Below, one piece after another: positions 12,561 through 24,700 of a stretch of DNA of 64,000 bases (position 1 is the stretch's first letter; every line of letters begins with the position of its first letter). The notes under the pieces are model-generated. The model searched no databases and was not told where the DNA came from. It was given only the letters and a program-made list of their open reading frames with translations. The stretch covers positions 23,994,001 to 24,058,000 of the forward strand of contig OZ038379.1 of the NCBI GenBank assembly GCA_964036045.1, in the 5' to 3' direction. This DNA comes from Eutreptiella sp. 'Long Island Sound 2002' (taxonomy: Eukaryota; Protista; Euglenida). The position numbers and the translations under genes are program-made.

Positions 12561-15340
12561 GTACCCAGAATTTGGACGTCCGGTGCCATGGGTTAGGGGG
12601 TTGACAAACAAGAAAAAAGTTGTTTCGGACCCAGGTCCAAATCCACACACAGCAGCTGCAATACGCAAAGAAGTTCTGACCCCCCAAACTCCCAAAATGG
12701 GGGACCCGGGTACGGGGGGGGGGTCAAAATTGAACAGTTTATGGGCAACGTTTGTTGTTTGGCTTGCACTCCTTCTACTGCCCTGTCAACCCATTTGCGG
12801 TGGGGCTGCAGTGTTTGACATGGCTTCTGGCAGGATGCTGCAGATTGGACTGGCATACATTGTCAAATACAGTCATTGAACAGAGGTGTCAATTATCTTG
12901 CCGGGCCTGCTCATCCTTTCCCTTGCCTCCTGCACTCTCGGTCCTGGCCAGAAGTTGGGATGCGCAAAAATTTTGTGCTGTCCCCCAATTGCAATGCCCG
13001 TCCCGGTGCCCTTCCGGTCCAGTGTCGGAGGTGAAACAGAAAACTAAAAAGAAGAGAAAAAAGTGATGTGATTCCATTGTTGGAATCAGCAAGGATGGGA
13101 GGATTGGGAAAATCCGTCCTGTAAATCACCTTTGACCAATACTTGGATCGAACCAAGCCTGGCCGAAGGCCACAAGGGACAAATAAATTTTGGTTCCCCC
13201 TATGCATCTCCTGATGCAAATGGGGCAGAATAGGGCCTGTGGGCACCACTAGGCAGGTGGGCCTAAATGGTGCAATATGGGGTTTGTATGTGCTTCATGA
13301 CCCAGGGATTGTCAGGGGTCATCCCAAGATCGCCCAATCACGTGGGCCTGAACATGGCAAAATACTCACCAGTGGGGCGCCAAGGAGGCAGAGCGAGAGC
13401 TGGGGAAGAGATGACAGGACCCAAGACCCCTACTATCAGCGTGGGGGTCCAGGTCAACATGGAACAAAAGGCTGGCGTGGGCCTGGGTCTGGATTGACTG
13501 GTGGCAACCGCTATTGGCAAATCACGTGTTGCCTCCTACCCCCTACCCCCCAAAATGGGTTTTCGGTTTGGGGATCCGGGCAACCAAAACCTCACTAGGG
13601 GATCCATTTGTTTCATAGGCCAAGTTGGTGCACTGCGTGCGCACTGCGAGCGCACTGCGTGCGGTGCCGACACAATGAAACCTAGCCAGGGAGGAAGGGA
13701 GGAAATCCCCATGCATTTATGCAGGCGTCACAAGGGTCTTCATATACTTGGTGATTGGTGGCCGTGGCCAAGCGCAATCTGCTGTTGCGTGAGTGTGTTG
13801 GAAGATGGTGACTGCCTTCTGGGGACATAGGGGGAATCTTTGCACTGCGCGCGCACTGCGTGCGCACTGCACGCTACTTTTAGACTATTCCCCCCCCGAA
13901 GAGCCCCCAAGCACACCCCTTGGAAACGCCCTTAGAATTAGGTGACCCAAACTGCCCCAGCTCAAGAAAGTCGCAAACTACCTTCCCTTCACATAACACA
14001 CATCATGCACAACTAGAAAAGCCATGAACAGCGCATTGGTTGCCACCCTCAACAACACACAACTGTCTTTCTGTTCCATTGTTGTTTCATATTAACATCT
14101 GCAGACTCGCGCGTGCTCAATGCGAGATCGCGGAAGATCAAGGAAGGTTGGGGCCCAAAAGAGGGGGGAAATGCTACGTCACCCCTGCGTTCTCGGGGAT
14201 CCCCAAACAAAGGGGGACAAAATCACAAGTCAAAACCTCCGCTAGGGGTCACCATGATGCCCCGAGGGGCCCCTAGTATCTCAAAGTATGGGTCTCTAGT
14301 ACGGCCAGACGCCCAAATAGTTGCACTGCGCTTAAGGCTCCCCCATAGGCAGTCTGCCTTGACCCCAATGGGGCCCAACTTGTAGCAATATGCAGCACTA
14401 TGTGCATGCTACTGATTCGCAATGATCCGAGAGTGCGGATGGAGGGTTCAGGTGGTGGCTCAAAGAGAATCCACAAAGACATTGTTTCCTAGAGATAGCA
14501 AGGCAATGACCATGAATGTTGGAATCCACTTTGGAGCGTGTAACAACCCACCTGCCGATTTGTTGCATTGTGAATGTACACAACATCCGGTGATTCCCCA
14601 TCATCATAATCAGCATCCACCTATAACAAAGAACGTGCAACAAAACCGGGCAAAAATGGGCTAAGATGGCTGAAAATGGGTGAACATGGGTGGGAATTCA
14701 AATATGCCACATCCTTGATGCACAAGAAGCGTAAAAAATTCTGTTATGGAACAACCTACTAGTGAAAAAAGGCCAAAACTAGGGTTCAAGTAGTTGCCGA
14801 CATACAAAAGTTTGCACTGCGGGCGCACTGCATGCACGGCATTCCCATAAACCAATGATATTATAAAGGGATTCAACTCCCAATGCCACCCCTTCCAGCT
14901 GATGGGGTATGGTGCGCGAACCGTCTAGGTTGTATGGCATGTCCCACATGTGCAGGTAAGCCTGGTTTTGATCCAACAAGTTCTGCGGAGGAGGCTTCTC
15001 TGCCAGCCAGCCCAGTATGATGCATGCATTAAAACCAAGTCACGTTGCCCCTACCACATGTGTGCGCGCGCATGTGTGCATTAGATCCGTGCGTTAGACC
15101 GGAGCACCAAACGGTAGACCTACTCCACCTCAATGGGGTGCCCCACCCAGTCTCATAAGAAGGAGAGGGCCAATGTCTGACGAGGCCCAAAATGCTATTG
15201 TGATTTAGGGCGCCTTTGGCGCAGAATTCCATGGCGAGCTCAATGGATCCCGACCCAGAACCCACACCAGTGTTGGGGAATTGCATTGACCCCTGCAACT
15301 TGACTGTCCCCGTTCCTTGTCAGTCCGAGTCAGGCAAGCC

Positions 15341-15748
15341 TCAGCACTCCACTAGACCCGGGACCCCAGTCACTGCCCCCTGCAAGGCGTTCAGCACGCG
15401 GTCCGGCATATGGTCCCTCAGCATATGAGGCATTGTGATTTGGATCTCCCCCAGGCCCGGCCCGTCCGTCCATGCCATGTCCCATCCCCCGTCAGACTTG
15501 GGCTTGAGATGCACCACGTTGCCGGGGGGGTAGAGCGCCACCCTGTCCTTCTTCAGCTGCTCTCCCACTTCCTGCAGCCCTCGTTGGTGCTCAGAGTACC
15601 GCTGTGCGGCCTGAGTCCACTGTGCGCTTTCCCCCGTGGCCATCACCGGGGGAGCAGGTGCGCAGCAGCAGCAGCAGCAGCATTTCCACAGCCACTGCCA
15701 CATGAGGCGGTTCTTGTTGGTGCGGCAGAAATACGCGTACACAGTGGC
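15341..15748 (-). CDS. DAGL: DAGL-like exon 6 (last): Cys cluster, LYPPG, DHMP catalytic His
   Basis: Acceptor ttcctgcAG|GCC at 15750-15749; stop ends at 15341. Confidence 0.88.
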   Translation of the reverse strand, partial: ATVYAYFCRTNKNRLMWQWLWKCCCCCCCAPAPPVMATGESAQWTQAAQRYSEHQRGLQEVGEQLKKDRVALYPPGNVVHLKPKSDGGWDMAWTDGPGLGEIQITMPHMLRDHMPDRVLNALQGAVTGVPGLVEC

Positions 15749-18700
15749 CTGCAGGAAAGGGGAAGGTGCGCGTTCAAGCCTCAGGCAAAACCACAGCGCA
15801 CCGCAACATGGTTTCAAATGGTGGGTGAAACTCACATACACAAAGAACGTGCTCTGCAAACAATTTTGGGCCACTTTGGGCGGTGACAATCTGAAAAAAA
15901 TTCGGTTTCGGAAAATTTCTTTTCATGAGACCCCAATATACACAAACCCCTCAACAACAGCAGAGACACACCCGAGGGTCGTTTTGTTGGTCACTTTGGG
16001 CGTTCACAACATCAAAAAAGCCCGTTTTCCAGCCGCTTGGGCGGAAAATAGCGTCTCTCAAGGAGCCCCCCAAGCGCCTTCAGGGCCAAAACAGCGGGCA
16101 CAACGTACAAGGAGGGTCGGAAACAAGCCCCAAAAGTGATCTCTGGTCGCTGCAGATGGTCCCAACAAAAAAGGATCGGTCTCAGGAGTTTGACTGGGCT
16201 CAGTGGCTATGTCCTGAGGCGAGTCTTTTTCAGGACCTGCCCCACAAGCCCCCAGGGCCCAAACGAAGGACGCACGCATCAGGAGGGCCAGAAACAGGCC
16301 GATTAGTGAGGCTTCATCGCCCCAGACATTTCGATCTGAAGCCCCTGCGGCTCAGTCCTGTGTGCCCCACTGTCCAGACCTGTCACACAACACGTGGCCC
16401 ACAAAAGTGGCCCGCGGGCGCGAACAATGGGATGTTCGCATCCTTTTAATGACCAGTTTAACGAGACGCCAGCCCAAAATGGCCGCAGAGCTTGAGCTTT
16501 TGGCGCACAAAACTCACCAGAAACAGACACGGAAAGCAGTCGAAGGGCGACGGGGGGGGGGGGGGGGGGCTGCAGGTATCGCCCAGAAGACAAGGGCCAT
16601 GGGCATTCTTCCAAAGACGAGGCTGACCGCTCCCGTAAGCGCCAACGGTGGAGGGCGAGGCCAGCCCTGACTCCCTTGGGAAGCCGCAGGGGGAGGCTTG
16701 GACGAGGAGGCATGGTCCCTTCGTGAGGCGTCCAGCATACGTATGCTCGGCGCTGGTGTCGGGGGTCGGAGCGCAGTGTAACCCGCTCTCTGACTCTTCG
16801 GCCTACTCCTCTGCACTAGCGACTTGGGCCGTGGCAGACATTGGCCCTCCTTCATATGAGACGGGGGGTGGGGGGTCATTGAGGCGGGGGAAGTTTACCG
16901 GTCCGGTGTACCGCACTTCATTGTGTTTTGTGGAGGCCAAATATGTAGCACACACGCACACACACACACACGTGGCAGGGGCAGCAGGATTTGGTTGTAT
17001 TGCATGTGTCAGGCTGGGCTCTGGGCTGGCTGGCAGAGACTGCTGTGAGGCAGTGAGTCAAACATTGCTGCGGTGCGGACAGAGCCGTGGAAAAGCGATG
17101 TCCAATGGCCAGTGCTATGGTGTCGTTACCTTGACAAGCACACGCCCACACCCACAAATGTGTGGGCATGTGCCACTGGCTTCGGGAGGCGGGGGGGGGG
17201 GGGGGCACACTGGGCCTGTCCGGAGCAGAAGCAACAGAAGCACCTGGTCCAGTAGCCACTTGATGTTCTGGATGTGGAGGCGAGGGACCAGGTCCGCGCC
17301 GAGCACCACCGAATACGTGAACCCCGTGCTGTGCTGCACGGCGTTGTGCGAGAGGAGCCCCCCGGGGGGCGAGTACGCGTAGCACTGCACCCGCGCCGCG
17401 AAGGCCTTGCCCTGAGGGCCCTCGCGCAGCAGCAGCGCGAGGAGGGCGGCCGTGCCGGCCCCCAGAGAGTGCCCCAGGACCACGACGCTGTAGTCCTGGC
17501 GCTCCTCCGCGGCGCGCTGCAGGACGTTGCAGATCTCCGCGAGGATGCGCTGGGCCGCCATGAGCATGCCCTTGTGGGCCTGGATCGTGCCGAGCGAGGG
17601 GAGCTCGAAGTCCACAGGCTCTGCCACGAGGTCTGTCAGCACGTCAGCGAGGGAGTTGGTCCTGGAGGCAGAGGACGGGCTGTGGAGAGCACACGTGCCC
17701 CCTTTGTCTGGCAGGGGAAGAGAGCCTCTGCGCAGGCCACACCTCTGTGCAGGCAAAGGCAGGGGGCGGATTCGTTGATAACTGCATTGAGATGGGACGC
17801 CCCCCCCCCCCCCTCCATCCATAGATCCGCAGTATCCCAGGAACGACAGCCCCTCCCCCTGGAAAGGCGGGGGGCACTCAGGGGGACGCGAACATGACAC
17901 TTCCGAGACCTTCACTGGGAAAAGCCAATGCTCGAGGCTCTGTACAAAGATTGATTAAACAGGGTAACTAGGTAACAGGGATGGGGTGGGATGGGATTGT
18001 CCATCACCAATGTTCTGAACCAGCGCATCCATCATGGCAGTGCAGGCTCCCAGGCATTGGGCTCGGAGCCGAGTGCCACGGCAGACCGTCAGATGCAGAA
18101 AAGCCTTGTGTGGGCACACCACGGACACCTTCATTGACCTCTAGAAAACAAAATTTAGATATTAGGCAATGTTTTGGGGCGACTTTAATGTGGTCAGATC
18201 TTCAGAAGCGATTCTCGGTTCGTCCCAAAACCTGGGGTTCGTGCTGACCACACGATGCAGAACACGAGATGCAGGGGCAGGGGCGCAGCCCAAACTTGGA
18301 TTCGCACAGCACGGGGCTGTGGAGCTAGAGCCGTTTGCTGCCGCCGTGGGGGTACTTAAATTGTTGTCATACCGTGAAAATAGCATTTTACACTCCTGCT
18401 GCTGTCGCAGGTTTTGAGCCAGCACAACTGCAGTGCACACCGGAAGTGGTATTTTGGGCACCTGTATTTCTTGGGTTCGCCATCTAGACAAAGTTCACGC
18501 CAAACACCGCCCAACGGCGTCTTTTTTATTGCTGCCGTTGAGTCATTGATTCTTTCTGCCATTTCCGCGCACTACGCCTCCCCGGCAACCAATGGGCCCA
18601 CTGGAGGGCAAAACGTGCTGAGATGGGACAGGTGGACATGCGTACAGATTGTCCCAACGTTCATCAATGACCGCTGCCGCAACACCGGGTAATGACACCA

Positions 18701-21700
18701 TGGACGCTGGTGGCCAGACTCATGGAGCGAAATCAGAGCTGTGATGCGCATTTGAATGCGCTGCTGCAGTCTATTTACCACTGTTTAGTGATGCACTACT
18801 ATGATCCGGTTGCCACTAGACTCTCACTCTGTGAATCTCAGTCCATTTACTGCCATTGCATTGCGCTGTTGCAGGCTGCTTGAATCGCCCCCCCCCCCCC
18901 CCTCCTCCGCCAGTACACAGTTATCCCCTCTGCCCACGTGTTGATGGGGTCAAAAATGCCGGGAAAAATAGGGTTGGTACCCGCGAATGGCGACGACAAT
19001 GGCTTTCTCCTTGTGATCCAGTGCGATGAAATATGAGGGCTCAAACACGGGATTCTTGAAGCTGACCAACAGCAAATCGTTGGGGTCCTTGATCTCTGTG
19101 AAATGCAGGAATGCCAGGGAGCAGAATCGAGACGACGACCAATCATGACAGCAGGAGCACTGACACCGTGCTCCAAAGCTGTGTGCATGGCCTCACACAC
19201 GGTACGAGTCACAGGGGCACCTTTTGGAGGCGAGGCCGTCAACACAGGGTGTCAACCGAACGAGCAGTAATTTTTTGGGACTGCCTTTGCCACGAAAGGT
19301 TGTGCCTGTCATATAGAGGGAGTGTCTACCCTGCGTGCGGGTGACGGGCATATCACAACCCACCGCACCGCACCACCCACACCAAACCAGCAGAAGTTCC
19401 ACAGCCCACTTGGCTAGGCAAGCTCAGCTAGGCGTCGGCCGCCTACGCCGTGCGTATCTGAGACCAGTTGCGCATCACCAACTTCGCGGTACGGGTTCCG
19501 AGCTACCATCTCAGTAGCTGGGAAGGGGGCGCCATCGAGGACCCTGTCCCCCCGGGCTTGGGCTTCATGACCTACTTTGTTGTGGAGGGCCGGTTAGATC
19601 TGAAACTTGCGGGGGGAGAGCAAGCTGGTTAGTGGCTGCAAGCCATGGCCTAGAGGGAGTATCTGTGCCATGCGCTCGCCGCACAACTTTTCTGATGTGT
19701 TTACTTGTAAGGGGCTGGCTTTGACACACCTCCCAAAATGCCCCCTAAGGAGAGATAACCCTTGGGTAACACACACCGGGGCTGAGCTTCGAGGGCGGGA
19801 TCTTCAAGGAGCAACAAACAACATTCGTATAGCACCTCATCTTGCACGATCGCGTGCTCAAAGCATGGACGCTTTGATGAAACAACTTAGTGCAATACTT
19901 CAACTCAAGAGTATCACGGACTCGGCTCGAAACCCCCGGGCCCCCGGGACAGAAGTTGCAGTTGCTTGGTCAGGCCAAACCGCTAAATCTCCACGCCGCG
20001 CGCACGGCACGTCGGGTGCTCCCCCCTACATGTACGCTTGGAGCGCCCCACCGCCCCTGCTGCAGGTGCCCCCGGAGACACAGGCTCTCTTGATGGTCAT
20101 CCGCCACCCGCTGACGCCCCCCCGCCCGCAGGCCCTACCGGCGGTACACCCCATGCCCATCCTTGTCTAGAAGCGCAACCGCTTTGAGGTGGTGGCCATG
20201 GTAGATGTCCGCTAGGAGGGTGGACATTGGGTCCTCCAACCCACAGGGGCTGTGGGGCTAACAATCCATCCCGATATGATCGCCCGGGCTGCGTGGGAGG
20301 TGGGCAAGAGTGCCCTGGGTGGCCACTACGCCATTACCCCCAACACCCAGGGGGCCCACGCGAAGCGGGATGCGGCGTGGAGGGGCCGGGGGCCCTCTTG
20401 GTGTGTGTACGCCAGAGAGTTGCTGCCCACCAAGCCAGCCCCCTTTGAGCTCCGAGGAGCCCTAGGTGAGGCATTGAAGAACTGGCTCCAGCCATGGCTG
20501 CCTGGCGACAGTCTTGCGAGTACGCAAAGCCCGCTACACGTGTTTGGGGTCCTCTGAGACAACTTAGCCGGCAGCAGACCCTGGCACGGCCACCCACGGC
20601 ACGGAGACGGGGCTCCAAAGTTGGGTCTCCCCTCAACGCCGTGCAGTGCATGGTGACTGGCGCCCGTGCTATGGGATACTTGTGGCTCAACATCTGGTAT
20701 TGGGATTTGCTCCAACGGCTGCTACCCCGGGCTGTGCAAATGGCGCCCCGCTACCCAAATAGTATGGTCTTGGCGAAGAGCCAAGGGACTGAGGGGAGGA
20801 AGAGCCCCCCTTTGAAGGGTACACCTGCCACGTGGGCGTCGGCACGGGGAGGGCGGGCACAAGCGTTGATGTCCACGTCCGCGAGGGCATGGCCACTAGG
20901 CCCGTCCTCCGGTGGGACCAAGGTGACGGCAATGCTAGGCTAATGGAAGTCGAGGCCCCCACACGCACATCACGGAGGCGCCCTGGCCAATAGGCTACCG
21001 TGGAACGCTCGGGAAACCCTAGCCTCCCTGAGGAACAGCTGCGAGCGTCTCCACGGGCATCAGTACCGCATCCATAATGACCAGAGGCGGTGGCAAGTGT
21101 TCTAGACCTACTTGCATCCTTGCCACGGGCCCCACACTAGGAGCTTAGAGACTATGTGCAACCCCGGCACTTGCTCCAAGTGCTGTCGGGCAAGCCGTGA
21201 AGGCCGGACCTAGCCCTCTCGCACAGGGATGTATGCACGTGGTACCGCCACCTCGGCGAGGAAGACGTGCGCACCCTCTGCTAGGTCATGCATGTGTGCG
21301 AGCGGGATGCCGAAAGGGGCAGGGTGACACTCCTCCTCAAAAACTCAAGCCAGCCTGTCGAGGAGGCCAACCTCCAGGGAACCTAGGGGGCGCACAGTCC
21401 ACGCCATCCGGGGCTAGCTCCACCAACATCGAGAGAGCCTACGCCCTCTTGGAACCAGCCCCCCCCGTTGGCTGGCACCATGCCCCCAAGGACGGGGCTC
21501 CGGACCCCATATGTCCTTGCCAGTCTATAGCGGTCGTCGTTGGCCGTGATGCTAAGACCACCCGAGAGCGGGTTGTCTACTAGCAAGGCCGCACAGTCCA
21601 AGTCACCATGGCCATGGAGGGTGTCATGACCACATTGGGATGAACCGTGGTACTCCCGGTGTGCGAGCAACCCACGAATGACCTCCCCAGCAACACACGC

Positions 21701-24700
21701 TTGCATAGGCTGCTGGTGAGCTTGCTAGACATCCACGTGCAGGTGGAGCCCCCCTTGCATGCATGCCTCTAGAAGGACCCGCAAGTGGTCACACCCCCGC
21801 AACTCCAAGCTAGTGGCACGGAGGGCCCTACCATGGTATGGCACCGAACGCAGCCGGGAGACCGCATTTGGGAGTGGGTGTCCCAAGCACAGCACCCGTT
21901 GCTTACCAATACAACCGGCCGCCAGAGCCGTGGATATAGCTCCAAGCAGAGGCAGTGGCACTTTTCAGGTACCCGGCTAGGTGCGTGACAAACAAGTGCA
22001 CGGGGCACCCCAACAAGGGACCTCTGTACATAGCCCTCCACACCCTACATGCACTGCCATTGGAGTTGGCCCCGGCCCTGCAAACACACTTGCGGAAAGA
22101 TTTGGGAGGCTATGCGGCACTACATGAGGGAAGTGTCGCGCGAGTGACTCGCTTGACACTCAGAATATCTATATAATCTCACGATATCTATGTACCCTCC
22201 CCCCCCCTTGCAAAGTCCCGGGGTAGCGCGCGACGGTCTCCCGGGTGGGGGGGGGAGACGGTCACCAAGTGACGGTGTCCCGGGGGGGGGGGGAGATTGC
22301 AAGGGTATCTCAAGGCAAACTGTGGTACCCTCCACTGACGCAAGCAAAGAGAACACGTGTGAAGCGACTTTCGCGTTGATGCGGTGCCAATGTATTTCAT
22401 CCAACACAAATGTTATTGAGGATCCAAAGGAACGGTAAAGAACTTCTGGGTACGAGAACAACACACTTTGAATTGTTGCACATGCTCGGTTTGCATGACA
22501 GGTATGTGGATTGCAAGCTGCGCTTCCGGGGCACATTTGCAGCCATAGTGGGTTGTGTAGGCTGTGCCGGTGTTTGGGGTTGCGGAGACATGGGCGTAAC
22601 ATCCGGTGACTCTAGCGACTTGGGGGATTCAACCGCCACAGCCTCTAGCCCTGACAGTTGAGCACTCTCATGATCCACCGGAGTGACCCCACCAGGGCGT
22701 ATGTACCGAATGTGGCAAAACTGGAACGGGAAAACATCTTGGGTCTGAAGTGGCAACACAACACACCCATACAACGCCTTTGGAGAGAGAATATCACAGA
22801 ACATACACAGGTGCTTGATTTGTAGTACTGGGAAAGCAATGCAAGGCCATGCGTAAAGCAGATGGGCAACACAAACCAGCACAATTCATGTTAACTAGAA
22901 AAACATGGAAGTGACGGTGTCCCGGGGGGGGGGGGGGCTTTGCAAGGGGGGGGAGGGTATTACTGCACCCCTCTCCCCTTAAATCTAGCTAACAACTAGC
23001 AACAAGCAACAAGCAAGCACAAGCAAGCACTTCTCCATTCCGTTTTGGCCGTTACTCTGTTCCAACGCTTCAAGCTCTACTCTACTAGAGCCATCCTAGA
23101 GCCTAGGTGGTGCCCTTGCCAAATCCAAGTTTTGAGCCAAAAACTCACCGGTGGCACCCCGGGGTGGGGCCGCCAAGTCGGGAGGTGCCCTCTCAAAACT
23201 GCGCATTTTGTGCCCCAAAACAGCCTTTTTTGGTCCAAAACGGCCCTGAAACGGAGTCAAAACGGACAAAAGAAGGGAAAACATAGCGGCTCCTGCCAGA
23301 GAAACACAAACGCGCACGTGTGCCGGGATGCTGGGATGCTGGGATGCCGGGATGCTCACATTGCAGCATTCTGCCCCTAGGGCGGCTACCCCCTAGCCGG
23401 CACTGGCAGGGGATGCACTACGGCATTCCAGCCTGTGAAGTTCGGAGGTGCTCACCACATGCAATGGAAACATTGTACCGCAGGGCCAGGGGGATACACC
23501 ATGTGTCACGCATCTGTGGTACGCCCGCAGTGTCACAAGTGGAATACCTGTGCCATGTGCTCAGGCTGAGGATCCGTGGACCAATGGAGTCCGAGTGCGG
23601 AGCTGTGTGTTGTGTGTGGGGGGGGGGGGGTGAGGGGGGGGCAGCTGCATGGTGTGTCTGGTTCCTCAGCCGATCCATGTGCTCACAGCACCATGACGTT
23701 CTGGTGTTTTGGTGACTGTTCCCCGGACGTGTTGTGCCCATCACCCCAGCAGTGGTCAACCCTGAGCCTTGGGGGGGGGGGGGCAAATGGTGACGGGGGT
23801 TTCGGGTCCGGCAAACAGTCATCCCCTAGGGGGGGCTCTGGAAGAGGGGCTGGCACGCGGGAGCGATGCGAGCGGCGGCCATGTTGAGGCGCGAAGGGCT
23901 GACCCAGACTTCAGGCCCGATGGGCCGCCGTAGTCGACAATCTCAACCGCATGTACAACCGTTGCATGACATCTACACCACAGTCCAGTCTGGGACAGGG
24001 AAGGTGTGATGTGGTGTGGTGTGGTGTGGTGTGGTGTGTCGCCCACCGCAGGTACGGGGGCTGCAAGAGCTGGTTGCCCTTGGTTCCCCTTAATTTGCTC
24101 TTGCCAGCCCCTTGCAGCTGCACGTTGCCACCGGTGCAGTATTGGCAATGTATAGGATATGACCACTGCTATCTCAACGCTGCGCCACCAGTTGCTGTCA
24201 GGCTGGGAGACGTGGACGGGCCCTTGGACCCCTCTTCTAATGCCCTCTGGCGATGATCACCAAACCTGACCCACATACCAAGGGGATGGGCTTAAGCCCC
24301 TTTGTCGATCCCCCCTCCAGTGTTATGGGGGGGGGGGGCTCCAAAAGGCCTCCCCATAGTTCCTTTTGAGGGGGCGTTTGGGCTGTGGGATCAGGGGGTG
24401 GGGGTGCTGAGTTTTTGAGGGGCCTTTGGTGTGGTCGAGGGGCCCCGAGGATAACAAGTGATCGTCGCAACTGCAAGTTGGCGCCGTGGACGTCGAAGAC
24501 ATATGTGGCCCAATCACTTAAGAGGGGGGGGCAAAGCCCAATTAAGGTGACCTAAGCGAAGGTGTAGGTGGAACCTCTGGGAGACTGACCCTGTTTAATG
24601 CAGCCAGCCACCATCACTCCCTCCCTACAATCACATAAGACGGGGGGGCTGGGGATGGAGGGTATTTTCAGTTGTTCAAAGGACCTCTGCCCCCCCCGCC

